Origin: an uncultured Actinomycetes bacterium
GTDB lineage: Bacteria; Actinomycetota; Actinomycetes; S36-B12; GCA-2699445
NCBI GenBank assembly: GCA_964500995.1
Contig: CAZCRC010000001.1
Span: forward strand, 1-54,821
Length of the DNA stretch: 54,821 nt
Direction of reading: 5' to 3'
Positions 41,603-51,423 of this stretch are shown here, in pieces. Under the pieces are notes generated by a model. The model saw only the letters and a list, made by a program, of their open reading frames with translations, did no database searches and was not told the DNA's origin. Both the position numbers and the translations under genes were made by a program. Numbering within the stretch: the stretch's first letter is position 1; every line of letters begins with the position of its first letter.

Positions 41603-43903
41603 TCAAGGGACCACGAACAAGGTGATGAGATCGCGCGAAACGACCGGGAGGGCCTGACCCGCGGCTGGCTGCTGTCGGGCGACCATGCCGGATGGCATTG
41701 ACCCGAAGTCCGCCGGGTTGGCTTCGGCGATCTGAACGCTGCGGAACCCGCCAGCTTTGGCGGCACTGGCGGCAGCTTCGCGCGACAAGCCCACCAGGTC
41801 GGGGACCACCGGCACGCTGTTGACCGCGGTGGTCGGATCGACGGCAGGCATCTGCTTCACGGGCAGGCCCTTGTGGATCTCGTTCATGACGTCCTGCCAG
41901 ATGGGACCGGCGATGGTCGCGCCGAAGACATCTCCGTAGTAGGTGCCCCCGATGTAGCGATCGCGCAAGGGATAGGCGAAGCCCCCTCTCGGATCCCCCA
42001 CCCAGACGGTCATGGCGTACTGAGGGGTGAACCCCGTGAACCAGGTCGCTGAACTGTTGTCCGTGGTGCCGGTTTTGCCGCCGGCTGGGCGATCGTCGGC
42101 CAGCCGCAGGGTCGCCGCGGTGCCGCCATCCTCGAACGGCCCCTGCAGCATGTTGGCGACCGTGTCGGCCACAGCGGCGCTCGTCCCTTCGTAGCAGCGC
42201 TTGTCGGTGGCGATCGCGCGCTTGGTTCCGTCCTTGGCCTCCACCGAGATCACCGGAGACGGCCGGCACGTGCGGCCACCCGCGATGAACGTGGAGTAAG
42301 CCGACACGACCTCCAGTGGGTTGGCGTCGTAGGTACCCAGCGCCAGGCTGGCGTCCTTCTCGGTGATCCTGCCTTCCCCCTTCGTGGGCAGCGTCGTGAC
42401 TCCCAGGCGCTGGACGAAGTCGACGACCGGCAGCACCCCTGTCTGCTCGATCAGTTGGATGAACCAGGTGTTCACGCTTCCGCGCAGGGCGCCGCGGGCA
42501 TCGAGGTAGCCGTTGTTGGCCAGGTTCGCGTTGCGGAATCCGCCGTCGGGGGCCCACATGCCCGCCGGGTAGTAGCCCGATGGGGTATCGAACCGGGTCG
42601 ACGGCGGAAAGCCCGACTCCAGTGCAGCGGCCAGGACAAAGGGCTTGAAGTTGCTGCCCAACGGACCGATGGGAGTGTTGGCGTAGACGATCTCCGTCTC
42701 GTAGTCCCCGCGGCCATAACGCCGGTTCGTGGCCATGGCCACGACTTGCGGCGTGCCGGGCTTCACTACGGCACCGGCGGCGGCGACGTCGCCGTCCTCG
42801 CCCACCCTCGCCCGCATCGCGTCGATGGCAGCGCGTTGGATCTTGGGATCCAGCGCGGTGTGCACGACCACCCCGCCCCGGTCGAACTTCTGCTGCCGCT
42901 CCTCGGGGGTGGCACCGAAGGCGGGGTCGTTCAGCATGAAGTCGCGCACATAGTTGCAGTAGTGCGGGAAGTCGGAGTACTCGCATCCAGTCTCTGGCTG
43001 GGCGACGTTCAACTGGAGCGGACTCGCGGCCACCTCTTTGTACTGCTGCTTGTCGATGTAGCCCTCGGCGAGCATCCGCTCCAGAACTTGGTTGCGCCGC
43101 TGCAGTGCGGCCTCACGGTTGCCCGTCGGTTCCAACGCCGAGGGCGCCTGCACCAGGCCCGCCAAAGTTGCCGCCTGGTTCAGATCCAGTTCGCTGGGCG
43201 CCACCCCGTAATAGCGGTTTGCCGCCGCATACAAGCCGTAGGCCTGGTCGCCGAAGTAGACGGTGTTCAGATAGCTGGTCAGGATCTCGTCCTTGGTGAA
43301 CTCGTGGTTCGCCACGATGGCCAGCTTCGCCTCGCGCAACTTGCGGGCCAACGTCTGCTCTGTGGCCGCCGCGATGTCCGCTTCGTCGATGGCCGTGTTC
43401 GCCAGCACGTTCTTCACCCACTGCTGGGTGATCGTCGATCCCCCCTGCAAGGAGTGGCCGCCGGCGTTGCTCAGCATTGCCCGGGCCAGCGCTTGGATGT
43501 CCACTCCGGAGTGCTCGAAGAAGTTGGCGTCCTCCACAGCGACGATCGCGTCGACCATCACCTGGGGGATCTGGTCCCGCTCGATCGAGACCCGGTTGGT
43601 GGTGGAGAACTCGGCGAACGTGTCACCGTTGCGGTCCACGAGTTGCGTGCGCCCGGGGATGCCGGTGGGGTCCGGGATCGTCACCGGCATGGACTCCCAG
43701 ACCTTGACCCCCACTCGGGCGCCTGTGGCCCCGAGGATGGCCACACCGACCAGCGCCCCAACGACGAAGATCGCCGCGATGATCAAGCCCAGGTGATCTT
43801 CCGTCTCTGGTTCGGAGTCCTCCCGAAGCAACGCGGACAGCGGTAACCGCTGCGCGACCGCGCGACTGCGGCTGCGCTGTCGCTCGGACTCCTCGTCAAC
43901 CAT
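41603..43903 (-). CDS. ponA: Class A penicillin-binding protein (glycosyltransferase + transpeptidase) with a C-terminal PASTA domain
   Basis: ATG 43903 (MVDEESE...). TM anchor LGLIIAAIFVVGALVGVAILG. GT51 motifs EDANFFEHSGVD and RKLREAKLA. Transpeptidase SxxK as GSNFKPF. PASTA-like tail VPDLVGLSREAAASAAKAGGF... Confidence 0.85.
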   Translation of the reverse strand: MVDEESERQRSRSRAVAQRLPLSALLREDSEPETEDHLGLIIAAIFVVGALVGVAILGATGARVGVKVWESMPVTIPDPTGIPGRTQLVDRNGDTFAEFSTTNRVSIERDQIPQVMVDAIVAVEDANFFEHSGVDIQALARAMLSNAGGHSLQGGSTITQQWVKNVLANTAIDEADIAAATEQTLARKLREAKLAIVANHEFTKDEILTSYLNTVYFGDQAYGLYAAANRYYGVAPSELDLNQAATLAGLVQAPSALEPTGNREAALQRRNQVLERMLAEGYIDKQQYKEVAASPLQLNVAQPETGCEYSDFPHYCNYVRDFMLNDPAFGATPEERQQKFDRGGVVVHTALDPKIQRAAIDAMRARVGEDGDVAAAGAVVKPGTPQVVAMATNRRYGRGDYETEIVYANTPIGPLGSNFKPFVLAAALESGFPPSTRFDTPSGYYPAGMWAPDGGFRNANLANNGYLDARGALRGSVNTWFIQLIEQTGVLPVVDFVQRLGVTTLPTKGEGRITEKDASLALGTYDANPLEVVSAYSTFIAGGRTCRPSPVISVEAKDGTKRAIATDKRCYEGTSAAVADTVANMLQGPFEDGGTAATLRLADDRPAGGKTGTTDNSSATWFTGFTPQYAMTVWVGDPRGGFAYPLRDRYIGGTYYGDVFGATIAGPIWQDVMNEIHKGLPVKQMPAVDPTTAVNSVPVVPDLVGLSREAAASAAKAGGFRSVQIAEANPADFGSMPSGMVARQQPAAGQALPVVSRDLITLFVVP

Positions 43904-44182
43904 TGAGACCCCACCCTGCTCACCGACTGCACCCACTAAGGCGGTTCGACGCCAGCCTCTGCGCCAGACCCGGCCAGCCGGTTGCCGCGACCGATCTTGG
44001 GTGCACTTGACGGTACGAGACTCCCCCCTTCGGATCGCCCATTGGAGGCGTGTCGCGCCTAGGCTCCTGCCGTAGATCCGGATTTCGGTTGCCGCCGCGG
44101 CCACATTGTTCCCGCCGGCTCGGGAACACGGCTCCGCAATGGGCGGTAGCCCACTGTTGGCGACCTATGCTTCCCCACGAGG

Positions 44183-45625
44183 GTGTGGGGAGGTTCCGTG
44201 ATTCCGCAGTCGACGATTCCCTTCATCGCGGCAGGCGGCGTCGTGCTGGTCGGAATCAACCTCGTGGCTGCAACGGAGTACCTCCAAGTGCTTCAGGTAC
44301 CCGAGGAGACGGTTGCGGCAGCCGATGCGACCGTCGACGCGATCCCGACGACCACCCCTCCCCCGGGCAACGTGGCCGCGAAGCGGCTGATCGGCCAGCC
44401 GCTGGCCAAGCAGATGACGGTGCGCGCTGCCGCACGCAGGGGCACCAGCGACATCCTCGCGTTCGCCTGTGGCCGGGAGTCGGCGACCGTTGCCACAGTC
44501 GCCTACCAGCGCCCCGTGGCGATCGGCCGCAAGCCGCTGGTGGCGGGCGTGGAGCTGTGGCCGACCGGCTTTGGCGCCGCGGCCATCGACGCGATCGTCA
44601 AGCGCGCCCAAGCATGTGCGGCTCGCGGCGAACAGGTGACGGTCGAGAAGCGCAAGGTCGCCGGGTACCCGGCTGTTGTGGTGACCACCGTCTCCGGGTC
44701 CGACACCATTCGCACGCTGCGCTGGTCCGTCGGGGACATCACCTTGTCCCTGACCGGCGTGGATGTCCCCGTCGACGACGCTTCCATCAAGCGGTGGTCG
44801 CGTCGGGCGGCGACCCTGCTGCAGCCGATCTGTGCGGACCTCACCCCGTCGGTCAAGGATGCCCGGCGCTCACCATGGCGGGACCCCGACAAGTACCAGG
44901 GTTTGTACGACCAGGTGACGGTGGGGGCGGATCTGCCGGAGGTCCCCGAGGAGTTGCCGCCCAACCAGCCGAGACTGCGCGGCCTGACGCAGGTGCAGCG
45001 GCCGGACCCGCCCGACGGGGTTCCGTACTGGCCCGAGAGCCTGCCCGCCAAAGTGGCACTCCCCGAGCAGCCGGTCCGCCCCAAGGAGCCCGACACCAAA
45101 CGCCGGGTCACCTTCCAGGTGCCCGACCCCACGGGGCCTGGTTGCGGCTGGGCGTTCACTGCCAGCCCCACGCCGGAGTTCAGCCAAGCCGAGTCCGACG
45201 CACAGCGCGACGAACGGGTGGCGGTCACCACCCAGCAACTCAACGACGAACTGTCACAGTGGGCAGCGGAAGAATCGCAGTGGCGCAGCGCCTTCCCCGG
45301 CTACTACACAGAGGCCCTCGCCTACCGCGACTACGCCAAGGACGTGGCTGCCGTGAGCAAGGCCTGGGACGCGATCCGCGCCGACTGGAGCCGCTACTAC
45401 GCCCTGGTCGCTCAGCGGCAGCAGGCGATAGCGCAGCGAGCGGAATGGGTGGCTGCCTCCACGGCCTGGCAGAACAGCGGCTGCGGCACGGCAACCGGGG
45501 CACCCGCGCCAGGGAAGGCCCAGCAGCCCGGATGCGCGGTTCCACAGATCCTGTGGAAGCCGCTGCCCCAGATCCCCCCGGAACCTTCTCGACCCAAGGA
45601 CCCTCGGCCGCCCAGCGCGCGATAG
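44183..45625 (+). CDS. Membrane-anchored hypothetical protein with a Pro-rich central and C-terminal region
   Basis: TM segment IPFIAAGGVVLVGINLVAA. Normal composition, unlike the overlapping Arg/Gly/Pro-rich 598-aa shadow frame. Divergent from ponA. The start could be GTG 44183 or 44198. Confidence 0.55.
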   Translation: MWGGSVIPQSTIPFIAAGGVVLVGINLVAATEYLQVLQVPEETVAAADATVDAIPTTTPPPGNVAAKRLIGQPLAKQMTVRAAARRGTSDILAFACGRESATVATVAYQRPVAIGRKPLVAGVELWPTGFGAAAIDAIVKRAQACAARGEQVTVEKRKVAGYPAVVVTTVSGSDTIRTLRWSVGDITLSLTGVDVPVDDASIKRWSRRAATLLQPICADLTPSVKDARRSPWRDPDKYQGLYDQVTVGADLPEVPEELPPNQPRLRGLTQVQRPDPPDGVPYWPESLPAKVALPEQPVRPKEPDTKRRVTFQVPDPTGPGCGWAFTASPTPEFSQAESDAQRDERVAVTTQQLNDELSQWAAEESQWRSAFPGYYTEALAYRDYAKDVAAVSKAWDAIRADWSRYYALVAQRQQAIAQRAEWVAASTAWQNSGCGTATGAPAPGKAQQPGCAVPQILWKPLPQIPPEPSRPKDPRPPSAR

Positions 45626-45640
45626 GCGACGGGGATCACC

Positions 45641-45656
45641 GGTCCCCCGGGGGACC
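45641..45656 (+). terminator. Perfect 16-bp palindrome 16 nt after the stop codon
   Basis: ggtcccccgggggacc can form a 6-bp G/C stem with a 4-nt loop. It lies in a convergent spacer and has no U-tract. Confidence 0.35.
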
Positions 45657-45746
45657 ACTCTGCTGCCGGTCCCTTGACCGCGCAACACACGGCCGACCCC
45701 CGCTTGCCGACACCTCAATGTGCGCCCGTGGTCGGCTGCCTGAGCC

Positions 45747-46700
45747 TTACCGACTGTCGGCGATTTCAGCGATCCAGGTATTCACCTCGGCTACGGCGGC
45801 ATCGAGTGGGAGTTCGATGCCGCCGGAGACTGCGGCTCTCGCGTAGTCGGCAGCCCAGTGATCGTGGGCGGTGATCGCGGGAGGCCAGTCTCGGGTCGGG
45901 CGACCAAGCTCTCTTGCCTCGGCAGCGCGGTACTCGAATACCGCTTCTCCAGCCTCGCGCACCTCGGTCAGCGTTGGGCTGCCGGCCGCGGCGATGAGGT
46001 CGCGCAGCAGGAGCAGATCGACGACGTCGCGGGCGCGATCGTTGACCGAGCTCGGCGGATCGTGAGGGTCGGAGACCGCATGGAGTTTCTGCGCGATCTG
46101 AAATCTCATTGCGATACCGACCAGTGCGTCGGGGTCGGGTAGACCGAAGCCACCCAGTGGTGGCGGCTCGATGTTCTCGTGCTCATCGCCGACTCCGGCC
46201 TCGTCGGGTGACACTTCGAACTGGATGCGCCGCCACGTCACACCGCGGATTTCGAGGATGATACCGAACCGGCGCGGCTTAATGATCTTGGTCGGGATGT
46301 CGATCACCTCGACCTCGCCACGGCGTAACGTCAAGGGGCCCCACGGCTCGTCGAGGACGTTCTCCAGCATGGCGAAGAAGTGGTCCATATCGCCACGGAT
46401 GAGGCCGTCGACGTCCTTGGTGGCGCGGGCAGTCACGTTGAGACGGTGCTGGAGCAGGGTGCCGCCCTTGAGAAGGAACAACCGCGTGCCGCCTTCGTCG
46501 AGGGCCCGCTGCACGGCAGCTATGGCGACCGATGAGGCTACCAACCAGCCGAGCCGACCGCCCTTTGCCTCGTCGCCGAGCTGACCCTCGGCCTGGGCGA
46601 TCCAGGTGTTGAGCACCTTGGCCGACACCGGTTGCTTCGGCTTCGACTTCAGCGTCCCCAGCAGGAGTGCGAGCCGGGAGCCGATGAGCTCATCGCTCAT
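45747..46700 (-). CDS. abiEii: Type IV TA toxin AbiEii/AbiGii-family nucleotidyltransferase
   Basis: FLLKGGTLLQHRLNVTARATKDVDGLI is the nucleotidyltransferase motif. ATG 46700 overlaps the 3' end of abiEi by 11 nt. Confidence 0.8.
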   Translation of the reverse strand: MSDELIGSRLALLLGTLKSKPKQPVSAKVLNTWIAQAEGQLGDEAKGGRLGWLVASSVAIAAVQRALDEGGTRLFLLKGGTLLQHRLNVTARATKDVDGLIRGDMDHFFAMLENVLDEPWGPLTLRRGEVEVIDIPTKIIKPRRFGIILEIRGVTWRRIQFEVSPDEAGVGDEHENIEPPPLGGFGLPDPDALVGIAMRFQIAQKLHAVSDPHDPPSSVNDRARDVVDLLLLRDLIAAAGSPTLTEVREAGEAVFEYRAAEARELGRPTRDWPPAITAHDHWAADYARAAVSGGIELPLDAAVAEVNTWIAEIADSR

Positions 46701-47259
46701 GGCGCGTCGCGAGCTGATCGGCCAGCGTGTCACGTTCGGCGGCCTTCAGGTAGCCGTGTGCATGGCCGCGTTCGATGGCCTGGCGCAGCAGGTACGTCGG
46801 CGTGCCGTCGACGATGCACTGCGCAATCGCCGTGGCTGGAGTCACCGTGGGGATCTCCTGCCACCAGCCAACCTGCGCTGCGTCGAGGTCTTGGTAGTGG
46901 ACGACGTAATTGTCGGCGCCTGCACGCCGAAAGCGGCGCCGTGAGTTCACGGTGAGGTGGATGCGGTTGGGGCTGACGTCGCTGATGGCGTAGCAGTCGA
47001 GCGCGGTCTCATGCGACAGGACTGCCTCGGGCACCCGCGTCCAGAGCACCGCAAGCATGAGTTGGTCGTGCTCGCCGATGGGGTACTGCGGGAAGCGGTA
47101 GACACCATGGGCGACGCGATCCAGTGTGCCCCGGTGAGCAAGCATCTGAAGCGCCTGCTTGCCGATCCCTGTTTCGGTGGCCTGTTGCGCGGTCACGAAC
47201 CCGTGCTGTGTGGACGCGATGTCCCACAGTTGATCTCTCGCCAACGGCCTGGTCGTCAT
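46690..47259 (-). CDS. abiEi: Type IV TA antitoxin AbiEi (wHTH transcriptional regulator)
   Basis: QHGFVTAQQATETGIGKQALQMLAHRGTLDRVAHGVYRF...AVLSHETALDCYAISDVSPNRIHLTV. Confidence 0.8.
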   Translation of the reverse strand: MTTRPLARDQLWDIASTQHGFVTAQQATETGIGKQALQMLAHRGTLDRVAHGVYRFPQYPIGEHDQLMLAVLWTRVPEAVLSHETALDCYAISDVSPNRIHLTVNSRRRFRRAGADNYVVHYQDLDAAQVGWWQEIPTVTPATAIAQCIVDGTPTYLLRQAIERGHAHGYLKAAERDTLADQLATRHER

Positions 47260-47378
47260 GGCAATAGAATAACGGAACCGTAATACTTCTGCCAGACCGT
47301 CACGATCCTTGCCGTCGCCATCCAGCTCTGACCGCCGCCGACTGCAATCCGTAAGGCGCGCGGTGACGAACGACTGGT

Positions 47379-49109
47379 GTGATCGTTCTTCTTGGCCTCT
47401 TGTCCGGCATCATCACTGGGTTGTCCCCGTGTGTGTTGCCCATCCTTCCGGTGGTGCTCACCGCTGCCGCCGGTGAGGAGGGCAGGCGGGCGCGATGGCG
47501 TCCCTACATCGTGATCGCAGGACTGGTCACGAGTTTTGCGCTCTTCACCCTGGCGGGCGGTGCACTGATCAGTGCCCTGGGGTTGCCCGACGACATCTTG
47601 CGCACCGTCGGCCTGCTCCTGTTGGCCATCATCGGAATCGGGATGCTCATCCCCGCCATCGGACACGCGCTGGAACGACCGTTCGCCCGCACCCCGATCT
47701 GGCGATTGCGCCGCGACGGCAACGGGTTGGTGCTCGGCCTGGGCCTTGGTCTGGTGTTCGTTCCCTGCGCAGGTCCGATCCTCGCCGCGATCACGGTGCT
47801 CGCCGCGACCGGACAGGTCGACGGTCAACTGGTCCTGTTGACACTCTCGTTCGCCGCCGGTGTGGCGATCCCGCTGTTGTTCTTCGCGCTGGCGGGGGCT
47901 CGAATCGGCGACCGGATCCGACGCAACCGGGGCCGCTCCCAGACGATGCGCAAGGTACTCGGCGGCGTGCTGGTCGCGACGTCCGTGGTGCTGGCACTCG
48001 GGATCGCGGAGCCACTGCAACGCGCCACCCCGGAGTTCCTCGCCGACATTCAGGAGCGCATCGAGGACAGTGACGCAGCCCGGGAATCGTTGGACAACCT
48101 GAGTGCCACCGGTGCTGCAGCGACCGATGCCCAGGTGCCGGGCTTCGCGCAGCGCGCCAGCGATCGCCTGGGGAACGCGATGTCGTTCGACGACTGTGCC
48201 CGCGAGCCCGGTCGGCTGGCGAACTGCGGCCCCGCCCGCAGCATCAAGGGAATCGAGACGTGGTTCAACACGCCGGGCGAGCAGCCCCTGTCGCTGTCCT
48301 CACTGCGCGGCGAGGTCGTGCTAGTGGACTTCTGGACGTACTCCTGCATCAACTGCCAGCGGACCATCCCCCATCTGCGGGCGCTTCACGAGTCCTACGC
48401 CGACGCCGGCCTGACTGTGGTGGGGGTGCACACCCCGGAATTCCCGTTCGAGAAGGTTCCTGACAACGTCCGCGATCAGGCGGATGCATTGGGAGTGCCT
48501 TACCCGATCGCGCTGGACAACGGCTACGAGACGTGGACCAACTACGACCAGCGCTACTGGCCCGCGCACTATCTGATCGATCGCCAGGGTGTTGTGCGAC
48601 AGGTCCACTACGGCGAAGGCGCCTACGGCGAGACGGAGGAACTGGTGCGCCAGCTTCTGGCGGAGGATCCGAGCGTGACCCTCCCGCCGCGGGTGGAGAC
48701 CTCACCCGAGCAGGCCGTGGCCGAACGGACACCGGAGACGTACCTGGGAGCCAACCGCTTGGAGTTCGGAGTCGGCGAAACGATCCGGGAAGGCCGCTAC
48801 CAGGACTACACATTGGTCGAGCAGCCACCTGTGGACCGCTTCTCGTTCGGTGGTTCCTGGCGGATCGACCCGCAGCTCGCGCTCGCGGGACGAGACGCCC
48901 GAATGCGACTGCAGTTCCGCGGCTCGACCGTGCACGTGGTGCTGGGCGGATCCGGGACGTTGACGGGTTCGTTGGCCGGCCAACCGATCGAGAAGATCCG
49001 CGTCACCGGCGCTCCCCGGTTGTACACGGTCGTGCGCGACGCGGGTGGCGGCACCCTCGACCTGCGGTTCGGCGAGGGCGTCGAGGCCTACGCGTTCACG
49101 TTCGGCTGA
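47379..49109 (+). CDS. dipZ: DipZ-like fusion of a CcdA/DsbD membrane domain and a thioredoxin-like domain
   Basis: N-terminal LLSGIITGLSPCVLPILPVVL plus FVPCAGPILAAI (CcdA-type Cys pairs). Redoxin domain with VLVDFWTYSCINCQRTIPHL and a C-terminal beta-rich domain. Confidence 0.8.
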   Translation: MIVLLGLLSGIITGLSPCVLPILPVVLTAAAGEEGRRARWRPYIVIAGLVTSFALFTLAGGALISALGLPDDILRTVGLLLLAIIGIGMLIPAIGHALERPFARTPIWRLRRDGNGLVLGLGLGLVFVPCAGPILAAITVLAATGQVDGQLVLLTLSFAAGVAIPLLFFALAGARIGDRIRRNRGRSQTMRKVLGGVLVATSVVLALGIAEPLQRATPEFLADIQERIEDSDAARESLDNLSATGAAATDAQVPGFAQRASDRLGNAMSFDDCAREPGRLANCGPARSIKGIETWFNTPGEQPLSLSSLRGEVVLVDFWTYSCINCQRTIPHLRALHESYADAGLTVVGVHTPEFPFEKVPDNVRDQADALGVPYPIALDNGYETWTNYDQRYWPAHYLIDRQGVVRQVHYGEGAYGETEELVRQLLAEDPSVTLPPRVETSPEQAVAERTPETYLGANRLEFGVGETIREGRYQDYTLVEQPPVDRFSFGGSWRIDPQLALAGRDARMRLQFRGSTVHVVLGGSGTLTGSLAGQPIEKIRVTGAPRLYTVVRDAGGGTLDLRFGEGVEAYAFTFG

Positions 49110-49283
49110 TCGGCAGGGCCGATGTCGGTGACCGGCGCTGATTCGTTCAGCGTCGGCTCCTTCAGTTCCGGGCACCTGATCCCTTTCGGATCCTTGGCGA
49201 AAACCGACCAAACCGCGGCGTCACCGGCTCCGAACTCCTCGTGTCAGCCGAAGAGATCGGCACTAGGGACACAAGGAGTTCTC

Positions 49284-49946
49284 ATGTCACAGCACCCCAT
49301 CCGCACCCGCACCTCCCGTTCCCGGGTCGTCGGCATTGCCGCCGTCCTGGCCGTCGGTGGCATCGGGCTGAGCGCCTGCTCGTCCGGCTCGGAGTCGGCT
49401 GAACCGATGATGTCGGACACCATGTCCGAGCAGCCCATGACCGGCAGCTCCGCCGGATCCGCCATGACCGCAGAATTCGGCGATGGGTGCACTGCCGTGC
49501 CCACCCAGGGCCCCGGCTCGTTCGAGGGCATGTCGGCGGACCCCGTCGCAACGGCGGCGAGCAACAATCCGGTGTTGTCCACGCTGGTCACCGCAGCAGG
49601 CGAGGCCGACCTGGTCAGCACGCTGAACTCCGCTGACGGCATCACCGTCTTCGCTCCGACCAATGACGCTTTCGCTGCGGTCCCGAAGGACGCCCTGAGC
49701 GACCTCCTGGCTGACAAGAAGGCGCTCACCAAGGTGCTGACCTACCATGTCGTGTCCGGGCAGCTGACCCCCGAAGACCTGGCCGGAACGCACGAGACGT
49801 TGGCCGGCGAGTCCCTCGAGGTCACCGGCAGTGGGGAGCAGTTCATGGTGAACGGCACCCAAGCCGACATCGTGTGCGGCAATGTCAAAACGGCGAACGC
49901 GACGGTCTACATCGTCGATGGCGTGTTGATGCCGTCCGCGAATTGA
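49284..49946 (+). CDS. Fasciclin (FAS1) domain lipoprotein, MPT70/MPT83-like
   Basis: AAGGAG at 49273-49278. Lipobox GIGLSACSSG. FAS1 motifs ITVFAPTNDAFAAVP and ATVYIVDGVLMP. Confidence 0.8.
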   Translation: MSQHPIRTRTSRSRVVGIAAVLAVGGIGLSACSSGSESAEPMMSDTMSEQPMTGSSAGSAMTAEFGDGCTAVPTQGPGSFEGMSADPVATAASNNPVLSTLVTAAGEADLVSTLNSADGITVFAPTNDAFAAVPKDALSDLLADKKALTKVLTYHVVSGQLTPEDLAGTHETLAGESLEVTGSGEQFMVNGTQADIVCGNVKTANATVYIVDGVLMPSAN

Positions 49947-49989
49947 TGGTGAGTCGACGGTAATCGGATCATCGAGGAGAGGCAGACGG

Positions 49990-50577
49990 GTGGCCACACG
50001 CAGTCAACCGGTACCCCAGGGGCAACCACACGTCGACGTGGTCACCCGTCTGCTGACCGAGGTGGGACGCGGCGACGAGGCAGCGTTCCGGGATCTGTAC
50101 GACCACATCGCCCGCTGGGTCCACGGCGTGGTGCTGCGAGTCGTTCGCAACCCCAGCCAGAGTGAAGAAGTCACACAGGAGGTCATGGTGGAGATCTGGC
50201 GCACAGCGACGCGCTTCGATGCCGACCGTGGCTCGGGCAAGGCGTGGGTGATGACGATGGCGCACCGGCGGGCGGTGGATCGGGTGCGATCCGCGCAGGC
50301 CAGCACAAATCGCGATGAGCGAGTCGCGCTGCAGGACTATCAGCCCGCCCGTGATGAGGTTGCCGAACAAGTGGAACTCAATCTGGACCGACAACGGGTA
50401 CGCCGACACCTGGATCGACTGACCGACATCCAACGTCAGACGATCGAAATGGCGTACTACAACGGATTCACCCAGCGCGAGATCGCCGAGAAACTCGACC
50501 TGCCGTTGGGCACGGTCAAGACCCGGATGCGCGATGGGCTGATCCGGCTCCGCGACGAAATGGAGGTGGGGTCATGA
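49990..50577 (+). CDS. sigK: ECF sigma factor, SigK-like
   Basis: Region 2 (FRDLYDHIARWVHGVVLRVVRNPSQSEEVTQEVMVEIWR) and region 4 (LTDIQRQTIEMAYYNGFTQREIAEKLDLPLGTVKTRMRDGL). ATGA overlap with the following RskA-type anti-sigma gene. Sits next to dipZ and the fasciclin gene. Confidence 0.75.
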   Translation: MATRSQPVPQGQPHVDVVTRLLTEVGRGDEAAFRDLYDHIARWVHGVVLRVVRNPSQSEEVTQEVMVEIWRTATRFDADRGSGKAWVMTMAHRRAVDRVRSAQASTNRDERVALQDYQPARDEVAEQVELNLDRQRVRRHLDRLTDIQRQTIEMAYYNGFTQREIAEKLDLPLGTVKTRMRDGLIRLRDEMEVGS

Positions 50578-51290
50578 CTACCGACCTGCACCAACTCACC
50601 GGGGCGTACGTGCTCGACAGCCTCGACGACCTCGAGCGGCGCGCTTTCGAGCGCCACCTGGCGGAGTGCGAGGACTGCCGAACCGAGGTCCGGGAACTGT
50701 CGGAGACTGTCGCCGAGCTCGGCGCCGGCGATGCGCTCGCTCCACCCGAGGGGCTGCGTGATTCCGTGATGGCCGAGGTGTCGCGGACAGTCCAACTCCC
50801 CCCGCATCCCCGGACCGCGCCAGCGTCTGAGGCCGGCAGACGGTGGGCATCGTTGCTGACGGTGGCAGCTGTGGCCGTGCTGGCGTTCGGGCTCGGAGCG
50901 TTCGTGACCCAGCAGCGCTCGCAGCCTGCACCGCTTGCCCAGAACCCGGTCGATGCGATCGTCACTGCCCAGGACGCCCAACTTTCCCGTATGCCACTGC
51001 CGGGCGACGCCCGCTCGACCGTGATCGTGTCTCCGGGACAGGGACGTGCCGCCGTGTTCGTCGACGGACTCGTCGAACCCGTGGACGATCGCGTCTACCA
51101 ACTGTGGGCAGTGGGCACCGACGAGAAGGCGACCAGTGCCGGCGTCTTCCGGCCGGACGTGGCCGGAACCGCGCAGGTCGTGATCGACGGTTCGTTCGTG
51201 GACACCGCGGCCATTGCCATCACCGAGGAACCCGCCGGCGGATCCCCTCAGCCGACCAGCGACCCGATCGGGGTAGCGCAGCTGGCGTGA
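50574..51290 (+). CDS. rskA: Anti-sigma-K factor RskA
   Basis: N-terminal zf-HC2-like anti-sigma domain (LTGAYVLDSLDDLERRAFERHLAECEDCRTEVRELSE), one TM segment, and a C-terminal RskA domain (VYQLWAVGTDEKATSAGVF...AIAITEEPAGGSPQPTSDPI). Confidence 0.75.
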   Translation: MTTDLHQLTGAYVLDSLDDLERRAFERHLAECEDCRTEVRELSETVAELGAGDALAPPEGLRDSVMAEVSRTVQLPPHPRTAPASEAGRRWASLLTVAAVAVLAFGLGAFVTQQRSQPAPLAQNPVDAIVTAQDAQLSRMPLPGDARSTVIVSPGQGRAAVFVDGLVEPVDDRVYQLWAVGTDEKATSAGVFRPDVAGTAQVVIDGSFVDTAAIAITEEPAGGSPQPTSDPIGVAQLA

Positions 51291-51423
51291 CCGCCAGCAG
51301 GAGACTGAAGCCAGCGTGAGGCGAAAACCGGACGTCCCGTGAGGCCCTCTTGACTTCGAGCCACGCGTCCGGATAGGCGCGATGGCCGCGTCACCGGCCG
51401 CCGCGCGGGTGGGTCAGATCCGG

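Noticed and set aside
43930-43960. tRNA-like T-loop string ggttcga in the ponA upstream region.
   Set aside because: No flanking T-stem, acceptor stem or anticodon arm can be drawn. No tRNA was recognised anywhere in the window.
47274-47301. ECF-type promoter-like GGAAC ... CGTC upstream of dipZ.
   Set aside because: The 19-nt spacer is longer than the 16-17 nt usual for ECF promoters. The site also lies in the abiEi promoter region. It is mentioned only as a lead under the SigK finding.
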